Assembly (NCBI GenBank): GCA_003697105.1
Contig: RFFQ01000131.1
Span: forward strand, 1-62,309
Reading direction: 5' to 3'
Origin: Gemmatimonadota bacterium
GTDB lineage: Bacteria > 4572-55 > J002
DNA length: 62,309 nucleotides
Below, one piece after another: positions 59,798 through 62,309 of this stretch (the stretch's first letter is position 1; each line of letters starts with the position of its first letter). The translations under genes were made by a program, and so were the position numbers. The notes beneath the pieces were generated by a model. It was given only the letters and a program-made list of their open reading frames with translations. It had not been told where the DNA came from and did not search any database.

Positions 59798-61048
59798 GTG
59801 CCGGTTCATCATCTTCTAAAAGTTTTTGAAAGCCGCAAAATGGCGGCGTTACTCCTGCTGGGTTTTTCTTCCGGCTTGCCCTTACTCCTCACCAACAAAA
59901 CTGTGCAAGCCTGGATGACATTTGAAGGGGTTGATTTGGGCACGGTGGGGCTGTTTAGCCTTGTCGGATTGCCATACTCTCTCAAATTCATCTGGGCACC
60001 CCTGCTAGACCGGTATGTTCCCCCCTTTTTAGGACGTCGGCGCGGCTGGCTGGCAATCACCCAAGTGGGGTTGATGATAGCCCTCGCCACGATGGCGCTC
60101 CATGACCCAACGGTTGCCTTACAAATGCTGGCACTCAACACGGTGATTATCGCGTTTCTGAGTGCCTCGCAAGACATCGCTGTGGATGCCTACCGTACCG
60201 ATGTGTTGGAAGAACGGGAGATGGGCGCCGGAGTTTCGGTCTGGGTGCTGGGCTATCGCGTGGGGATGCTTATCGCCGGGTCTCTCACCTTTGTCATGGC
60301 AAAATATATGTCGTGGCAGATGGTCTATCTCGCTATGTCCGGTTTGATGTTGATTGGCTTGACCACCTCGTTCTGGTCACCTGCCCCCCAAACGGAAAAT
60401 CAAACTCCGACTTCTCTCTTTGATTCTGTTATCTTTCCCTTTATTGATTTTTTTCGCCGCCTGAATGTGACCCGTGCCAGCCTGATTTTACTGTTTATCA
60501 TCCTATACAAATTGGGCGACGGTATTTTGGGCAATATGGCGACACCCTTTTTGATCAAAACCGGTTTTGATGAGATCGACATTGGCTTGATGCAAGGTGT
60601 GGTCGGGCTTCTCGCAACCATGATTGGTGTAGTCGCCGGTGGCGTGATTCTCAGCCGGATCGGCATCAACCGTTCCATGTGGGTGTTTGGGGGGTTGCAG
60701 GCGGTCAGTAACCTGATGTACCTGATCTTGGCAATTGTTGGTAAAAATGATGTAGTAGCGGTGCTGGCGATCAGTGTGGAAAATTTTTGTGCGGGCTTGG
60801 TGACTTCCGGCTTTGTCGCTTATCTGATGAGCCTATGTAACCCTAAATTTTCTGCAACACAATTTGCTTTGCTAACCAGTTTAATGGCAGTTAGCCGGGA
60901 TATTCTGGTTGCACCGGCGGGTAAGATGGCAGAAGCGACCGGCTGGATTTGGTTTTTTTTGATCAGTATCTTGTTGGCGTTGCCCGGCTTATTGTTGTTA
61001 CCGGTTGCCGCCCCTTGGAATGCCCCCGCTGAACAGGTTGAATCATGA
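59798..61048 (+). CDS. ampG: AmpG muropeptide MFS transporter
   Basis: LGFSSGLP, PYSLKFIWAPLLD, GRRRGW, SASQDIAVDAYR and SATQFALLTS. Confidence 0.93.
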   Translation: MPVHHLLKVFESRKMAALLLLGFSSGLPLLLTNKTVQAWMTFEGVDLGTVGLFSLVGLPYSLKFIWAPLLDRYVPPFLGRRRGWLAITQVGLMIALATMALHDPTVALQMLALNTVIIAFLSASQDIAVDAYRTDVLEEREMGAGVSVWVLGYRVGMLIAGSLTFVMAKYMSWQMVYLAMSGLMLIGLTTSFWSPAPQTENQTPTSLFDSVIFPFIDFFRRLNVTRASLILLFIILYKLGDGILGNMATPFLIKTGFDEIDIGLMQGVVGLLATMIGVVAGGVILSRIGINRSMWVFGGLQAVSNLMYLILAIVGKNDVVAVLAISVENFCAGLVTSGFVAYLMSLCNPKFSATQFALLTSLMAVSRDILVAPAGKMAEATGWIWFFLISILLALPGLLLLPVAAPWNAPAEQVES

Positions 61049-62163
61049 TGAATCACCTCCGCTGCCGCACCTGCGGCCAAACCTACAACCCGAATGAGCC
61101 GGTCTGGAGATGTACCTGCGGCGGTCTGCTGGATTTGCACTTTCAGGCAGAATTTCCACTAGACCGGATTCAAGCTCGCCCGCCGGATTTGTGGCGCTAC
61201 CGCGAAGCACTCCCATTGGAGTCCGATGACCACATCATTATCATTGCGCTGGGAGAAGGATTTACCCCGCTATTACCAGTGTGGATCGGTGATAAATCGA
61301 TCTGGATCAAGCAAGAACACCTCTTTCCCACCGGATCGTACAAGGATCGCGGGGCGGCGATGTTGATCAGCAAAAGCGCGGAATTGGGTATCTCACGCGT
61401 GGTGGAGGATTCCTCCGGCAATGCGGGGTGTGCTGTGGCGGCGTACTGTGCCCGCGCCGGTATGGAATGCGATATTTACGTTCCAGCGGATACGTCCGCC
61501 GCTAAACTCGCTCAAATTCAGATGTACGGTGCCACGTTGCACAAAATAGCCGGTTCCCGGGAGGATACCGCTCGAGCCGTGCTGATGGCGGCAGAACAGT
61601 ACTATTATGCCAGCCACTCGTGGAATCCGTTTTTCTTTCACGGTACCAAAACGTTTGCCTATGAAGTCTGCGAACAATTGGGCTGGACTGCCCCGGATAC
61701 AATTATCTTACCGGTGGGCAATGGCACCCTGTTACTGGGGGTTGACATCGGTATGAGCGAGCTACGGAACGCCGGAATCATCCCCCAAAAACCAAAATTG
61801 ATCGCAGTACAAGCGGCACATTGTTCTCCCTTGGCACAACGGTTTTTTAAACCAGATTCCGAGATCACGTCCCCCCAACCCACCATTGCTGAAGGGATTG
61901 CTATCGCGGAACCAATCCGGGGGGAACAAATCCTTGACGCCGTGCGTAATAGTGGCGGTACGTTCATCACCGTTAGCGAGGACGAGATCAAAACCGCCTT
62001 GATCCAGATGGGAACACAAGGGTTTTATATTGAACCCACAGCTGCCGCGACCATTGCCGGTATCCAGCGCTATCTCGCAACAGCCCCCCCAGATGAGGTG
62101 ATCGTGTCCGTTTTTACCGGACATGGGCTTAAAGCCACTGAAAAAATACTAAAATTCCTATAA
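61045..62163 (+). CDS. thrC: Threonine synthase
   Basis: N-terminal C..CG...C.CGG, LGEGFTP, PTGSYKDRG, DSSGNAG, PVGNG and EPT. Confidence 0.85.
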   Translation: MMNHLRCRTCGQTYNPNEPVWRCTCGGLLDLHFQAEFPLDRIQARPPDLWRYREALPLESDDHIIIIALGEGFTPLLPVWIGDKSIWIKQEHLFPTGSYKDRGAAMLISKSAELGISRVVEDSSGNAGCAVAAYCARAGMECDIYVPADTSAAKLAQIQMYGATLHKIAGSREDTARAVLMAAEQYYYASHSWNPFFFHGTKTFAYEVCEQLGWTAPDTIILPVGNGTLLLGVDIGMSELRNAGIIPQKPKLIAVQAAHCSPLAQRFFKPDSEITSPQPTIAEGIAIAEPIRGEQILDAVRNSGGTFITVSEDEIKTALIQMGTQGFYIEPTAAATIAGIQRYLATAPPDEVIVSVFTGHGLKATEKILKFL

Positions 62164-62193
62164 AATGCGATAAACAACCTAAAACCGCCGTAG

Positions 62194-62239
62194 CCACTTT
62201 TCAGTTTCAATCCTGAAAACTCTGGAAAAGTGGTTTTTT
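62194..62239 (+). terminator. Intrinsic terminator
   Basis: CCACTTTTCAG...CTGGAAAAGTGG followed by TTTTTT. Confidence 0.65.
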
Positions 62240-62309
62240 ATTGATTTATGGTGTCCTTTTGAGTATGAACCCTATTTTGTATTTTTGATGAGGATGTTGA
62301 TTATGATGC

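Noticed and set aside
35-62124. Numerous short overlapping or antisense ORFs in the six-frame track (e.g. 9036-9626, 26997-27578, 33595-34224, 40417-41094, 47451-48146)
   Set aside because: They are shadows of well-supported genes with no recognisable motifs.
62204-62220. GTTTCAATCC as a CRISPR repeat start
   Set aside because: Single occurrence inside a terminator hairpin.

Overview
A gene-dense chromosomal segment of roughly 55 CDS from a diderm bacterium (kdsB, two TonB-dependent receptors). The 'QNYPNPFNP' FlgD-Ig-type C-terminal domain suggests an FCB-superphylum or related uncultured lineage (inference). Most of the window is housekeeping and signalling: xerD, hutH, kdsB, panB, gatB, ampG, thrC, a threonine aldolase, cheWYAC, two-component systems and transporters. 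No rRNA, tRNA, cas genes or intact mobile elements were seen. Highlights: (1) an unannotated 55-aa LysW-like zinc-ribbon protein lacking the EDWGE tail, translationally coupled between a divergent MurD-like ligase and a divergent PLP threonine-synthase-like enzyme; (2) a bacterial GT-C glycosyltransferase with DPY19 (tryptophan C-mannosyltransferase)-like motifs along its length plus TPRs; (3) a tetraheme lipoprotein built from two TsdA/SoxA-like Cys-containing diheme modules; (4) a membrane-anchored CHASE2/sigma-54 activator beside a candidate divergent -24/-12 promoter; (5) two CRISPR-repeat-like 37-mers flanking a REP-like palindrome in the largest intergenic region; (6) a secreted PNGase F-like enzyme, a lipoprotein serpin cluster and a triple-receiver PEP-synthase-like protein. 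All family calls come from motif recognition by eye, not from database searches.
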